Source: an uncultured Clostridia bacterium (GTDB lineage Bacteria > Bacillota > Clostridia > TANB77 > CAG-508). From it: 64,000 nt of DNA. The stretch's first letter is position 1. The number at the start of each line of letters is the position of its first letter. The notes under the pieces are model-generated. The model searched no databases and was not told where the DNA came from. It was given only the letters and a program-made list of their open reading frames with translations. Position numbers and translations under genes: made by a program. This document shows positions 19,742 through 31,083 of the stretch, piece after piece. The stretch lies in contig CALXVD010000005.1 of the NCBI GenBank assembly GCA_944391865.1, positions 144 through 64,143 of the forward strand, in the 5' to 3' direction.

Positions 19742-21010
19742 TTACATTCCAGTTTTAGGTAACTTAACTACTTTTTCAGTATTACTTTGTTTTACAGTAT
19801 TTTCTGTTTCTTTCTTTTCTGTTTTAATATTAGGTTCTTCTTCAGAATTAATAACGTTTATAGTTGCTGTTTCATTTAATTCGAGTTCAACTTTTATTAA
19901 TTTATCATAAATTTCGTACCCTTCTAATGTTTTTGTTTCTTTTATGTAATATGTTCCTGGAAGCAAATTATCTATTATAATTTGTCCATTTTCATTTGTT
20001 TTTAATTCAGTGTACAAAGCATTTTTATTTTCGTCTAATAGCTCAAATTCAACTCCTTGTAAATTATTTTTACCAGATTCATCTTTTTTATTAATTATTA
20101 ATTTTGTGTCGTTTCTGGTGTAATATACTTTTTTACTACCTACTCCATCTTCGTATGTATACCCAGTTATTGCATAGCTTTGAAGAGATGCATCTCTAGT
20201 TTTACCATAAAAGACTGGTTTTGTTGCAACTTTTCCTGATACATTAATTGTAAAGTTTCCATCTTTTGTTATATTTGTTACTGGTATTAATATTTTAAAT
20301 ATTTCGTTCGAATTAAATTCTTGTTTTTCTTTGTTGTTTTTATCTACTATTTTTGCTCCTTCTATAGCTAAATTTTTAATTTCAACTTTATAACTATCAA
20401 ATCCCGCATTTGCAGATACCGAAAATGTTTGAGATACATAGTTTTTATCTATACTATCTATTTTCCATAAGCTGTTTTCTTGGTTTATTGTAAGATCTGC
20501 TGATACTTTGTTAACATTTGAACTTCTTGCTTTGTTTACTATTTGTTTTAAAGCTTTTAATGTTCTTTTACCAGATTCTCCAATTGCTGTATATTCGTCT
20601 ACATCTCTATTTGTTAGCATACAATACACTGCCTGTTTTGTTGCTAAGTATGCTTCTTCTACTGAATTACAACCCAATTCAGAAACTGTTTTGTATGGAT
20701 ATCCATTTATAATTGCTCTCCAAACTTTTACATTACTAATTACATCTGATATATCTACTGTTTGCGAAAAGCCTATTTCAACTCCTGGTAAATCTCTATC
20801 TAAACAATACGCAGGATATTCTTTTCCATCTTTTTTATATACTGCCATATGGGTGTGAATTTTCATTCCATCCCACATTAATAACCCATCTGTTTTTTTA
20901 TTTGCGTAAATATATGCACTATCTATTGGTACTACTGCATTACTTTTTATTGGTATAATACCTGCTAAAATTACTAATATTATTGTTATAATTGTTATTT
21001 TCTTTTTCAA
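19742..21010 (-). CDS. Surface adhesin: signal peptide, thioester (TQXA-like) domain, Cna-B/SpaA-type domain, and LPKTG at the extreme C-terminus
   Basis: TTG start behind AAGGAGG. Motifs include AYCLDRD and ATKQAVYC (thioester-domain-like) and GVEFELLDEN...LLPGTYYIKETKTLEGYE. The protein ends VVKLPKTGM*. Confidence 0.65.
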   Translation of the reverse strand: MKKKITIITIILVILAGIIPIKSNAVVPIDSAYIYANKKTDGLLMWDGMKIHTHMAVYKKDGKEYPAYCLDRDLPGVEIGFSQTVDISDVISNVKVWRAIINGYPYKTVSELGCNSVEEAYLATKQAVYCMLTNRDVDEYTAIGESGKRTLKALKQIVNKARSSNVNKVSADLTINQENSLWKIDSIDKNYVSQTFSVSANAGFDSYKVEIKNLAIEGAKIVDKNNKEKQEFNSNEIFKILIPVTNITKDGNFTINVSGKVATKPVFYGKTRDASLQSYAITGYTYEDGVGSKKVYYTRNDTKLIINKKDESGKNNLQGVEFELLDENKNALYTELKTNENGQIIIDNLLPGTYYIKETKTLEGYEIYDKLIKVELELNETATINVINSEEEPNIKTEKKETENTVKQSNTEKVVKLPKTGM

Positions 21011-21012
21011 AT

Positions 21013-21570
21013 TTATTCCTCCTTTAATTCTATTGCTTGAACACATAATCTTTTACTTGGCTCGTTTTCTACACAAGTAATTAATGTTATTCTATTATCT
21101 TTTGTTTCTTTTAAATATGACCAATCTGTATCTTTTATAATTTTTATACTTTTAACTTTATATGTTTTTTTACCATATTTAGATGTGTATATTATTTTGT
21201 CGCCGACTTTCAATTCTTTAATTCTGGAAAAATAGTTGATCGGAAAGCCTCTATTGTGTGCCGCAAGCCCAACATTACCTTCAAAATATTCTGTGTTTTC
21301 AAAATGTCCAACATAATCTAGAAGCACGTCTTGACTTGTTCCTTCTGAAATTGGAGCTACGAGTTTTATTTTAGGAATTTCAATTTGCCATATATCTTCT
21401 AAATTGGTTTCTTTTGTTTCTTTATATTCTTTTGCCTTTATTTCTTCTGTTTTTACAACTTCTTGTACTATATTCTTTTCTATATTTGTTTGTTCTTTAT
21501 TTTGTTGTAAATAAAAACTATACAACTCATTAAAGCAAAAATTTATTATAAAAAATATAATAACTGACAA
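21013..21570 (-). CDS. Sortase family transpeptidase (N-terminus uncertain, may start upstream)
   Basis: TLITC catalytic-Cys motif (RITLITCVE) and an N-terminal TM helix, adjacent to an LPKTG substrate. Confidence 0.75.
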   Translation of the reverse strand: MSVIIFFIINFCFNELYSFYLQQNKEQTNIEKNIVQEVVKTEEIKAKEYKETKETNLEDIWQIEIPKIKLVAPISEGTSQDVLLDYVGHFENTEYFEGNVGLAAHNRGFPINYFSRIKELKVGDKIIYTSKYGKKTYKVKSIKIIKDTDWSYLKETKDNRITLITCVENEPSKRLCVQAIELKEE

Positions 21571-21785
21571 AATAAAAGAAATTGTAAAAATGCTTCTTTC
21601 TGTATAATTAATCAGATAGGCATCACCTCTTAAATATGAAATTTTAAATTTGGATTTTTAAAAAGATTTAAACTTTTTAAGAATTAAAATTATTTTAAAA
21701 TTGCTAGAATGCAATTTCGATACATTTATATTAATACATTTATTTACATTTGTAAAGAATTTTCCATCGACAAATTATTACAAAA

Positions 21786-21817
21786 AACTGCTAACAAATT
21801 GTTAGCAGTTTTTTTAT
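21786..21817. terminator. Terminator hairpin downstream of 21823-22341
   Basis: ctgctaaca / tgttagcag stem with flanking A-run and T-run. Confidence 0.6.
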
Positions 21818-21822
21818 TTGTA

Positions 21823-22341
21823 TTATTTTCCTTCTAATTCTTTTTTGGCTTCATTTTCCCTTATAACACCTAGTCTTGCTCCTAATATTCTTTTATCAGC
21901 ATAACTAATATCTTCTCTTTCTAGTAAACTCTCTATTTGTTCAGCTTCACTAACTGTGCGTGCATCATGAAATAATGTCCTTAGTTCGCAAAATCTACTA
22001 TAAGACTCTTTATCAGTAAATTTTGCTGCCCTTGCTTTTCCCACAGCTCTTTGTAATTCTGTAGATTCCCTAAGGAAGCTAAAATTATTTGTAAATGATC
22101 TTGTTTGTTCATAATATAAGTTATCTTTTTCATCTGAAATCCTCTTGTCTATCATTGAAAAAATTTGCTCTTCAATTCCTTTATTAAGTCTTATTTCACT
22201 CCTTTTACTCACTAATTCCCTTACAGCTTCCCAACACTCAGGTCTAGTTTTGTCTTTTTTTAAGCTTAATCCTTCAACTATTTTTTCTATGTCTTTCCAG
22301 GCATCTTTAACTTTTCTTTCTTTTACAAATTTGTTTGTCAT
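21823..22341 (-). CDS. Hypothetical soluble helical protein
   Basis: Clean 172-aa ORF with an RBS. No family was recognised. Confidence 0.4.
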   Translation of the reverse strand: MTNKFVKERKVKDAWKDIEKIVEGLSLKKDKTRPECWEAVRELVSKRSEIRLNKGIEEQIFSMIDKRISDEKDNLYYEQTRSFTNNFSFLRESTELQRAVGKARAAKFTDKESYSRFCELRTLFHDARTVSEAEQIESLLEREDISYADKRILGARLGVIRENEAKKELEGK

Positions 22342-22516
22342 ATATTTTTTTCCTTTCCATTAAAATTTGTTAATCATTACCAATTAATATTATAACACGT
22401 TTACATAAGTTTTGCAAGTTTTGTATATATCTCTATTTTGCTTATAGTTATTTATTGTTTTTTGATATTATTTGTGTTATACTTTTATTCGAAACAAATA
22501 ATAAGGGTGTAGTTTT

Positions 22517-23047
22517 ATGAAATTAACACAAAATAGTGAAATATTAGCAGAAAAAAAAGCTTTAATATTATATATTTTAAATAAAGTATCAAAGCCAATA
22601 AGCAATGATGCCCTTTTAAACTTGGTTATTTCAATAGATAATATGAATTATTTTTATTTTCAACAATTTTTATTAGATTTATTAGAAAATAAATATATTA
22701 TAAATTATGAAAAAGATGGAGAAATGTTATATGAATTAACTTCTGAAGGAAAGCAGGCTTTAAACTTAGTAAAAGATATAATACCTGGTATTACTAAATT
22801 CAGAGTAGATAATAGTTTTAAAGAAACTTTAGGTGAATTTCAAAATGAAGTTTCAGTAACAAGTGATTTTATTCCACATAGTGAACACGATTATAGTGTT
22901 AAATGCAAAATAGTAGAAAACAATCAAATTCTATTTGAACTACAAATTTATGCTGGTTCAAGAGAACAAGCAAAAGCAATTTCAGATAACTGGAATAATA
23001 ACGCAGAAGAGCTATACCCTAAAATTTTAGAAATTTTAACTAAATAG
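22517..23047 (+). CDS. DUF4364-family protein
   Basis: AEKKALILYILNKV...ISNDALLNLV N-terminal winged-helix-like pattern typical of DUF4364. Confidence 0.55.
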   Translation: MKLTQNSEILAEKKALILYILNKVSKPISNDALLNLVISIDNMNYFYFQQFLLDLLENKYIINYEKDGEMLYELTSEGKQALNLVKDIIPGITKFRVDNSFKETLGEFQNEVSVTSDFIPHSEHDYSVKCKIVENNQILFELQIYAGSREQAKAISDNWNNNAEELYPKILEILTK

Positions 23048-23051
23048 AAAC

Positions 23052-23108
23052 AAAAAGGGACAGACCCCAATCGTTTCAAAATGAAACGATTGGGGTCTGT
23101 CCCTTTTT
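23052..23108. terminator. Perfect 27-bp-stem hairpin acting as a bidirectional terminator (REP-like)
   Basis: aaaaagggacagaccccaatcgtttca-aaa-tgaaacgattggggtctgtcccttttt lies between convergent genes. Confidence 0.7.
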
Positions 23109-23112
23109 ATTT

Positions 23113-23899
23113 CTATTTTAATTTTTGCCTTACATATTCATATAATACAACTCCTGTTGCAACTGCAGCATTTAAGCTTTCTGTTTTGCCAAGCATAGGT
23201 ATTTTTATTTTTTTATCTGCCATTTCCAAAACTTCTTTTGATACTCCATTTGCTTCATTTCCGATTACTATCGCCATTTTCTTAAATTCTACATCGTAAA
23301 TACTTTCTTGTGTTTCAAGTGATGTTGCCACTACTTTGAATTTATGTTTTTTTAATTCTTTTAAAGTTGTTTCTAAATTTTCACTTTCTATTACATTTAC
23401 TCTAAATATTGCTCCCATTGTAGAACGCACAACTTTGGGATTAAATACATCCCCACTTCTTTTAGATACAATTACTTGCGTAAGTCCGAACGCTATCTAT
23501 AGTTCTTAGTATTGTTCCTAAATTTCCAGGATCTTGTATATCATCTAGTACTACTATTATATCTTCATCAAATTTAATATCTTTGTCTGTATTTTTTTTG
23601 TCAATTACAGCTAAAAGCCCTTGAGGATTTTGTACATCTGTAATATTACTAAATACTTTTTCATCAACATATACACAATTGTATTTTGCAATTTCATATA
23701 AAATATTTTGATTAATCTCACCAGTTTTTACACAATTATCACACACCACAATAGTGTTTATGTCTGCTTTTTCTTCTATTGCTTCTTTTATTAGTTTAAC
23801 TCCTTCTATAATGTATTTTCCACTAATATCTCTTTGCTTTTTCTCTTTTAATTTTCTAATTTTTTTAATTGTTTCATTATCTTTACTTGTAATAATCAT
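23113..23899 (-). CDS. TrmH/SpoU-family RNA 2'-O-methyltransferase. Pieces are joined by a +1 shift at CGG 23486-23488.
   Basis: The junction agc gtt CGG Act tac restores DPGNLGTILRTIDSV-G-LTQVIVSKRSGDVFNPKVVRSTMGAIFR. Confidence 0.8.
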
Positions 23900-23917
23900 G
23901 GCTTTCCTTTCTTAAAT

Positions 23918-24051
23918 AAATTGGAATTTGAATGTGAAGTGAGAAGTGGGATGTGGGAAGTGTGAAACTAGGGTAAGCCTTACGTAGCCTATCCCTAAAA
24001 AGCACACCTCACACTTCGCACCTCACACATCACAACAACAAATTACAATTT
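23918..24051 (+). repeat. Family-1 element, copy 4 (134 bp)
   Basis: aaattggaattt...gaagtgagaagtgggatgtgggaagtgtgaaa...tacgta...cacacctcacacttcgcacctcacac...aaattacaattt. The right 12-mer overlaps the mfd stop. Confidence 0.9.
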
Positions 24052-27000
24052 ATATATTTAAAAATTCATTAATTTCCTTTAATACATCATTCTTTTCTAA
24101 TTTGTATGTAATATATGGTTCTTTTGCTGGTGAAAATTTAATTCTATTATTAAATAAGTTTATTAATTTATCAATATCTATTGCAAGATTTTCTGGTTCA
24201 AATGTGAATATGATATTATTTTGTTTCTGCAAAACTTTTATTATTCCTTTTTCCTTGCATTTCTCTTTTATTTTTGCAATTTCTAATAAATTATATACTT
24301 CTTTTGGAAATTTTCCAAATCTGTCTGTTATGTCTTCTTCTATATTTTTTATATCTTCTTCATTTCTGCATAAAGCAATATTTTGATATACCTCAATTTT
24401 TTGACTACTGTTTTCTATATAGTCATCTGGTATATAGCTTGATACATTTATATCAATACTTATATCAGGTTCTTCTTTTTCTTCTATTCCTTTCATTTCT
24501 TTTACAACTTCATCCAATAATTTGCAATAAGTTTCATATCCTACTTGATCCATATGACCATGTTGCATTTCTCCAATTAAGCTTCCTGCTCCTCTAATCT
24601 CTAAATCTCTCATTGCTATTTTAAATCCTGATCCAAATTCGGTAAATTCTTTTATTGCTTTTAGCCTCTTTTCGGCTACTTCGTTAATTAGCTTATCTCT
24701 TTTATATGTGATATACGCATATGCTTGTTTATTGCTTCTTCCTACTCTTCCTCTAATTTGATAAAGCTGTGCTAAACCTAGCCTATCTGCATCTTCTACT
24801 ATTATTGTGTTTGCATTTGGAATATCAATTCCTGATTCTAATATGGTTGTGCATATTAAAACATTTATTTCTTTATTTACGAAATCTAGCATTATATCTT
24901 CTAGTTCTTTACCAGACATTTTTCCATGTGCAAAACCTATTTTTGCTTCTGGAACTAATTCTGATATTTCTCTTGCTTTTCTTTCTATTGTTTCTACTTT
25001 ATTATATAGATAAAATACTTGACCTTTTCTCTCGAGTTCTTTAGTTATTGCTTCTTTTATTACTTCTTTATCATATTCTAATACATATGTTTGAACTGGC
25101 AATCTGTTTTGTGGAGGTTCATAAAGACATGACATATCTCTAATTCCTACTATTGACATATGGAGTGTTCTAGGTATTGGCGTAGCAGTCATACTTAATA
25201 CATCTACATTTGTTTTTAACTTCTTTATTTTTTCTTTATCTTTTACCCCAAACCTATGCTCTTCATCTATTATTAAAAATCCTAAATTTTTGAATTCTAC
25301 GTCTTTACTAAGTAATCTATGGGTTCCTATTATAATATCTATTTCTCCTAGTTTTAATTTCTTTACAATTTGTTCTTGTTCTTTTTTAGTTCTAAATCTA
25401 TTTAAAAGTTCTATCCTTATAGGATAATTTTTCATTCTTTCTTTAAAAGCTTCATATTGTTGGTTTGCAAGTATTGTTGTTGGAACCAAATAACAAACCT
25501 GTTTTTGATCCATACAAGCTTTAAATGCACCTCTTATTGCAACTTCTGTTTTTCCGGTATCCTACGTCTCCACAAAGTAATCTATCCATTGGTTTTGGTT
25601 TTTCCATATCTTTTTTTAGCTCATCAATTGCTCGCATCTGATCATCTGTTTCTTGGAATTCAAAGCTATTATCAAATTCTTTTTGCCATTCCGTATCTTT
25701 AGAAAAAGCATATCCTTTTATTTTTTCTCTTTTTGCATACAATTCTATTAAATCACGGGCAACTTCTCTTAAGTTTGATTTTACTTTTTGTTTTGTATTT
25801 GCCCATTCTTTGCTACCTAATCTATTTATTTTTGGTGCTCTATCTCCAACACCTATATATTTTCTAATGTTGTCTAAATTAGTAGTTGGAATATAAAGAA
25901 TGTCGTCATCTCTATATTTTATTTTTATATAATCTTTTGTTACTCCATCTGCTTTTATAGTATTTACACCAACAAATTGTCCTATACCATTGGTTTTGTG
26001 AACTACATAATCTCCGTATTTTTAAATCAGAAAATATTACTGTTTCTCCTTGTTTAAATTCTCCGCTTAATTTTCTTCTTCTTTTTGGAGCTGTAAACAA
26101 TTCGTGTGCTGATATTACTAATAAATTAAAATCATACGACTCAAATCCAGAAGATAACTCTCCTTGTTCTAAAATAATATTTTTTAAACTTGTTCCTAAC
26201 TTTTCTTCTAATAGCTGTCTTAACTGTTTTTCGTTATTTTTATTTCCAGTTAAAATTACAACTGTTTTTTCTTTTTCTCTAGCTTTTTGTATTTCCTCAA
26301 TACATAAATCCATTGAACTACGAAAAAAGTTTACCTCCCTATAGCTAAAGCTATATCCGTTTCTTTTTGCATGCATACTTTGTTTATCTACAAAACCTAT
26401 ATCTTGTTTTTCTAAATATATTGTTTGTAATTCTTTTATAACTTCTACAAATTTTATATAGTCTCTTAAATTTGTAATTGCCTCAGGTACTTCTCTTCCG
26501 TTTTTCAATTAATGTTTTTACTATATTTGCATTATCTTTTACAATATTTTCTGACCTTGCTTTTATTTTTTCTATCTCATCTAAAAATATTATAAAATTA
26601 TCTTTCAAATAATCTAATATTGTTTGCTTATTATTATAGAAGCTATTAAAATACTTGTCTATTTTATTTATATAATTACCTTGTTTTATCTCCTCTATAT
26701 CTTCAGTAAGTCTCGTACTATCTGCACAATTTTTTTCTATTTTGCTAGCAACGCTTTCTAAACTATTTTCCAATACAAACTCTGTTGCAGGATATATTAT
26801 AGCTTTTTTTATTTTGTCTGTTGACCTTTGAGATTCTACATCAAACTCACGAATTGAATCTATTTCGTCGCCCCAAAGTTCAACTCTTATACCTTTTTTT
26901 GAAGAAACTGCTATATCAATTATGCCCCCTCTTATGCTGTATTCTGCAACTTCTTCTACTAAATCTTTTCTTTCGTAGCCTAATTCAGTAAGTTTTCTCT

Positions 27001-27454
27001 TTATATCATCTAAATTTATACTTGTATCCTGCTTTAATTCAAATATATTTTTATATAAAGTTTCTTTAGAAACTATTTCTTGAGATGCTGCTTCAATAGT
27101 AGTTACAATAACCTTTGCTTTTTTATTATAAATACTATTTAAGCATCTTATTCTATCTAAAGATATATCTTTACTTTCAGCAAGATAGTCATATGCCAAA
27201 ATCTCTCTTCTTGGAAAATATGCTACATCATCGCAAAAGTATTGTAAATCTTTTATAATTTTTCTTGCTTGAAGTTCATTATATGTAATTATGCATATAG
27301 GTTTTTCTGCGTAAAAGTATGTTGAATAAGCAAAGTGAACCTTTGCAACATCAGTAAGACCTGATAACATTATAGGGTTAGTACCAGATTTTACATTTTT
27401 TATATAATCATTAAATTTTTTAAAATTAGGCAATACCTTTACAATCTCACTCAT
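24050..27454 (-). CDS. mfd: Transcription-repair coupling factor Mfd. Four ORF pieces are joined by +1 shifts at CGG 26498-26500, 26014-26016 and 25554-25556.
   Basis: The junctions restore IEK-G-REVPEA, DLKI-G-DYVVHKTNGIG and Walker A GDVGY-G-KTEVAIRGAF. DEEH box and helicase C motifs lie downstream. Confidence 0.9.
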
Positions 27455-27465
27455 AAAATATCCTT

Positions 27466-28425
27466 CCTGATTTTGGGGACGGTTCCATTTTTCCTGTTAT
27501 TTAGGGACACCCCATATTATGATTTTAAAGTTTCCATTTTCCACTTAGAAATATTTAATTTTTTCATTATATCTACATATGTAATTTTATATCCTTGCTT
27601 TAAGTATTTTACTAGTTCTCTAGCTTCACTTTTATCGCATAATATTTCTTCTGTTTTTTTGTTTGAAACCTCTTCATACTCTCTAATTCTTGATTCTAAA
27701 ATTATTTCTTTGTTAATATCTATATCCATAAAAATATCTGTATTTTTGTCTTCTTCTAAAATTAAGTTATAATCGTTTTTGTCTAATATATCCTTCAAAC
27801 AATCTATTGAAATTTTATCTTTTTTATTAAAGTAATCATTATAGCTAGAATACTTATACTCTCCACTTTTGCTAACTATGTTTGCTTTTACTGGATTTAG
27901 GTGTATGTATTGTATACATTTAATTAAGTATCTTTTATCATAAATAGGCTCACTTAAATATCTATCTCTAAATACATATCCTACTCTATTATTTTCCATA
28001 AAATTATAATATTGTGCATATGACATATTTACAATGTGCATAAAACCTGACATCTCTTCTATTTTATCTGTAAAGATTAACATATGCGCATGGTTGTTCA
28101 TAATACAAAAAGCAACAATTTCAATTTTATATTTTTTTCTATAGATATTTAGTAATTCTAAATACCTTTTTATATAAATTTCCTTTTTAAAAATATGTTC
28201 TTTTTTTATTCCTTGAATCATTACATGAAAAAATGATGTATTTAATGATTTTCTTGCTATGCGAGGCATATAATCATCTCTCTTTCCTTTTTTTATTATG
28301 TGCCCCCATATGTATAAATCTTATACATCCTTTTCATTTTAACATATTTTTCTAATTCTTTCAACCTGAAAATTGGGGACGGTTCCAAAAATCCAGGCTT
28401 TTTGGAACCGTCCCCAATTTTCAGG
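27466..28425 (-). mobile_element. IS200-like / REP-associated tyrosine transposase unit with flanking GGGGACGGTTCC repeats
   Basis: CCTGAnnnTTGGGGACGGTTCC occurs at 27466-27486 and 28365-28386, with an inverted copy at 28404-28425. The last two form a perfect 27-bp hairpin. Confidence 0.65.
27517..28269 (-). CDS. Y1 (HUH) transposase, IS200-like/RAYT family, with a C-terminal HTH-like tail
   Basis: The N-terminal core includes NNHAHMLI (HUH motif) and YIHLNPVKANIV (catalytic Tyr region). Confidence 0.75.
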   Translation of the reverse strand: MPRIARKSLNTSFFHVMIQGIKKEHIFKKEIYIKRYLELLNIYRKKYKIEIVAFCIMNNHAHMLIFTDKIEEMSGFMHIVNMSYAQYYNFMENNRVGYVFRDRYLSEPIYDKRYLIKCIQYIHLNPVKANIVSKSGEYKYSSYNDYFNKKDKISIDCLKDILDKNDYNLILEEDKNTDIFMDIDINKEIILESRIREYEEVSNKKTEEILCDKSEARELVKYLKQGYKITYVDIMKKLNISKWKMETLKS

Positions 28426-29290
28426 TTTCTTTAAATCCTTCTCCAAATACTTCTCTTGCGTTTGATATTATTATAAATGCGTTAGGATCCATGTCACTTA
28501 TTATTTGCATTATTTCTCTTACTTCTCCCCTTGATACTACACACATAAGAATATTCTTTTCTTCTCCTTTATACATTCCTGTTCCTTTCAAGGAAGTACT
28601 TCCTCTTCTTACTGTTATGCTAATTTCTTTTGCTATTTCTTTATATTTAGGTGATATTACAAGTATCATTTTTGCAAAATCGATACCTTCAAAAAATATG
28701 TCAAGCATTTTTCCCATTATATATATAGCAATTGCTGAATATAAACCAATTTCTAGCTCTTTAAAAAATACTACGTTCAAAGCTACAATAATTGTATCTA
28801 ATAAAGCAAGTAAGTTACTTATTCTAACATTTGGTTTAAATGCTTTTATTATTTGTGTTAGAAGGTCTGTGCCACCAGTAGATGCATTTGCTTTTAGTAC
28901 AATAGCTGTACCTATTCCAGCTATTATTCCTCCATATATACACCCCAAAACTCTATCTGTTGTAAGAGGCTCAAATTTATCAAAGAAGTTTAGAAAAAAA
29001 GATAAGGATATTGTTCCTAGCAGTGCATTTAAGAAGAATTTTTTCCCATTTTTTATTGCTGATATTATAAATAAAGGAATGTTTAAAGCAAAAACGGTAG
29101 TACCTAGTGGTATTTCAAACAAATAATATGTAATTGTTGCAATTCCTGAAAATCCACCAGCTGACAATTGGTTTGGAAGTAAAAGTAAGCTGGTTGCAAT
29201 AGCAATAAAAGCAGTTCCAATTATAATTTGTACTGCTTGCTTAATAAGATGTTTAATTTTAACTATTTCTCTTATAGTTTTAAATTTCAT
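28421..29290 (-). CDS. YitT-family membrane protein (DUF2179 C-terminal domain)
   Basis: Multi-pass N-terminal region followed by the C-terminal GTGMYKGEEKNILMCVVSRGEVREI pattern. Confidence 0.75.
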   Translation of the reverse strand: MKFKTIREIVKIKHLIKQAVQIIIGTAFIAIATSLLLLPNQLSAGGFSGIATITYYLFEIPLGTTVFALNIPLFIISAIKNGKKFFLNALLGTISLSFFLNFFDKFEPLTTDRVLGCIYGGIIAGIGTAIVLKANASTGGTDLLTQIIKAFKPNVRISNLLALLDTIIVALNVVFFKELEIGLYSAIAIYIMGKMLDIFFEGIDFAKMILVISPKYKEIAKEISITVRRGSTSLKGTGMYKGEEKNILMCVVSRGEVREIMQIISDMDPNAFIIISNAREVFGEGFKET

Positions 29291-29331
29291 ATAAAAACAC
29301 CCATATATATTATGGATGTTTTTGGTAATAA

Positions 29332-30385
29332 CTATTCATCTAAAAAATCTTTATATGTTTTTAAAATATTTATTTCAAATTTACCGGGTCTAATTGTTTT
29401 TACTTGTTTTATTTTTACGTCTAAATCATATAATTCTTTTAACTTTTTAATATTTTCTTTTTTGTGTCCAACTACATTGTTTACATTTTCTGGATTTGTT
29501 TTTATTTCTATTTCTTTTACTTTTACATTAAATTTTTTTATTTTTTCTACTATGCTATCATACCATATGCTATCTTCTACTAGCTGTCCAAAGGCTTCGT
29601 GATATGGTCCGAGCAACTACTTCACTCTTTTCATTTTCTGGACTACATATTAAATCTGTGCTTTGAAGTCCCATTCTAATTACTGTTATTTTTTTATGGG
29701 TAAAATAATAATAAATTTCTTTGCATCTTTCTACCGCTTGAAGCACAGTAAGTGGTTCATACTCTCCGTTTTTATATTCTTTTTCTAGTTCTGTATTTTT
29801 TATTACTAAAACTGGGTAAAGCCTTACTATTTTTGGCTTAAGTTTTGCCAAATCTCTTGCTGTGTTTAATTCATCTAATTTAGTACTTTCTGGAAGTCCT
29901 ATCATCATTTGATGACCTAAATCAAAACCATATCTTCTAATTAACTTAGAAGCCTTCTTAACATCTTGGAACGTATGACCTCTTTTACACTTTTTTAATA
30001 TATAATCATTAGTAGATTGTACGCCTAATTCTATTGTTTTTACTCCATATTTTTTTAATAATTTTAATTTTTCTACATCTATATAGTCTGGTCTTGTTGA
30101 TACTCTTATAGAATTTACTTTTTTATTTTTTACATACTCGTATGCCACTTGCAATAGTTCTTCTTGTTTTTCTTTTTCTATACCTGTAAAACTTCCTCCA
30201 AAAAAAGCAATTTCTCTATATGTATTTTCTTTAAAAATTTTTAAATATTCTTCTATAGTATTTTTTACATCTTCTTTTGTAACTCTTTTAGTTTGTCCAC
30301 TTATGCTCTTTTGGTTACAAAATGTGCAATCGTTTGGGCAACCTAAGTGTGGTACAAATATTGGAATTATATATTGATGTTTCAT
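29332..30385 (-). CDS. Radical SAM protein (ELP3-like family). Pieces are joined by a +1 shift at CGG 29609-29611.
   Basis: CPNDCTFC is the CxxxCxxC cluster motif. The junction gtt gct CGG Acc ata joins SEVVA-G-PYHEAFGQLVEDS. Confidence 0.75.
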
Positions 30386-31063
30386 TACTTCCTCCTTTTT
30401 TCTAATGCTATTCTTGCTGCTTCCATTTCTGCTGCTTTTTTGGTTTTTCCTTCCCCCTTAGCCAAAACTTCTCCATCACATTTTACTTCTACAATAAATG
30501 TTTTGTCATGGTCTGGTCCTTTTGTATCTAATAAGATGTATTCTATTTTTACATTTCCTTTTACTTGCAATTTTTCTTGAAGCACTGTTTTATAATCTTT
30601 CATTCCCACGTGTTTACTTGCAATTTCTATTGGCTCACTTAAATTATCTATTATAAATTTTTTTGCTTCTTCTAAATTTGAATCTTTGTATATTGCTGCA
30701 ATAACAGCTTCTACGCTATCAGCTAAAATTGCGGGTTTTTTATTTCCGTTTGCATCTTATTTCGCTTTTCCCTAAATATAGAAAATCACTAAAATTATGC
30801 TTAATTGCAACTTTATATAGACTATCTTCACAAACAACTGTTGCTCTAACTTTAGTCATTTCCCCTTCTTTTAATTTTTGATAATTTTTATATAGATAAT
30901 CGCTAACTACAAATTCTAATATACTGTCTCCTAAGAATTCCAACTTCTCATTGCTCTCTACTTTATGGTCATGCGCATAAGAAGTATGCGTTAGTGCTGT
31001 TTTTAATAGATTTATATCATTAAATTTATGTCCTATATCTTCTTCAAATTTTTCTATATTCAT
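30385..31063 (-). CDS. rnc: Ribonuclease III. Pieces are joined by a +1 shift at CGG 30746-30748.
   Basis: NEKLEFLGDSILE catalytic signature. The junction tgc aaa CGG Aaa taa restores GKSEIRCK-G-NKKPAILADSVEAVIAAIY, followed by the dsRBD. The N-terminal ORF extension through repeat copy 5 is discarded. Confidence 0.85.
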
Positions 31064-31083
31064 TCCTTCATCTCCTTTTATAT

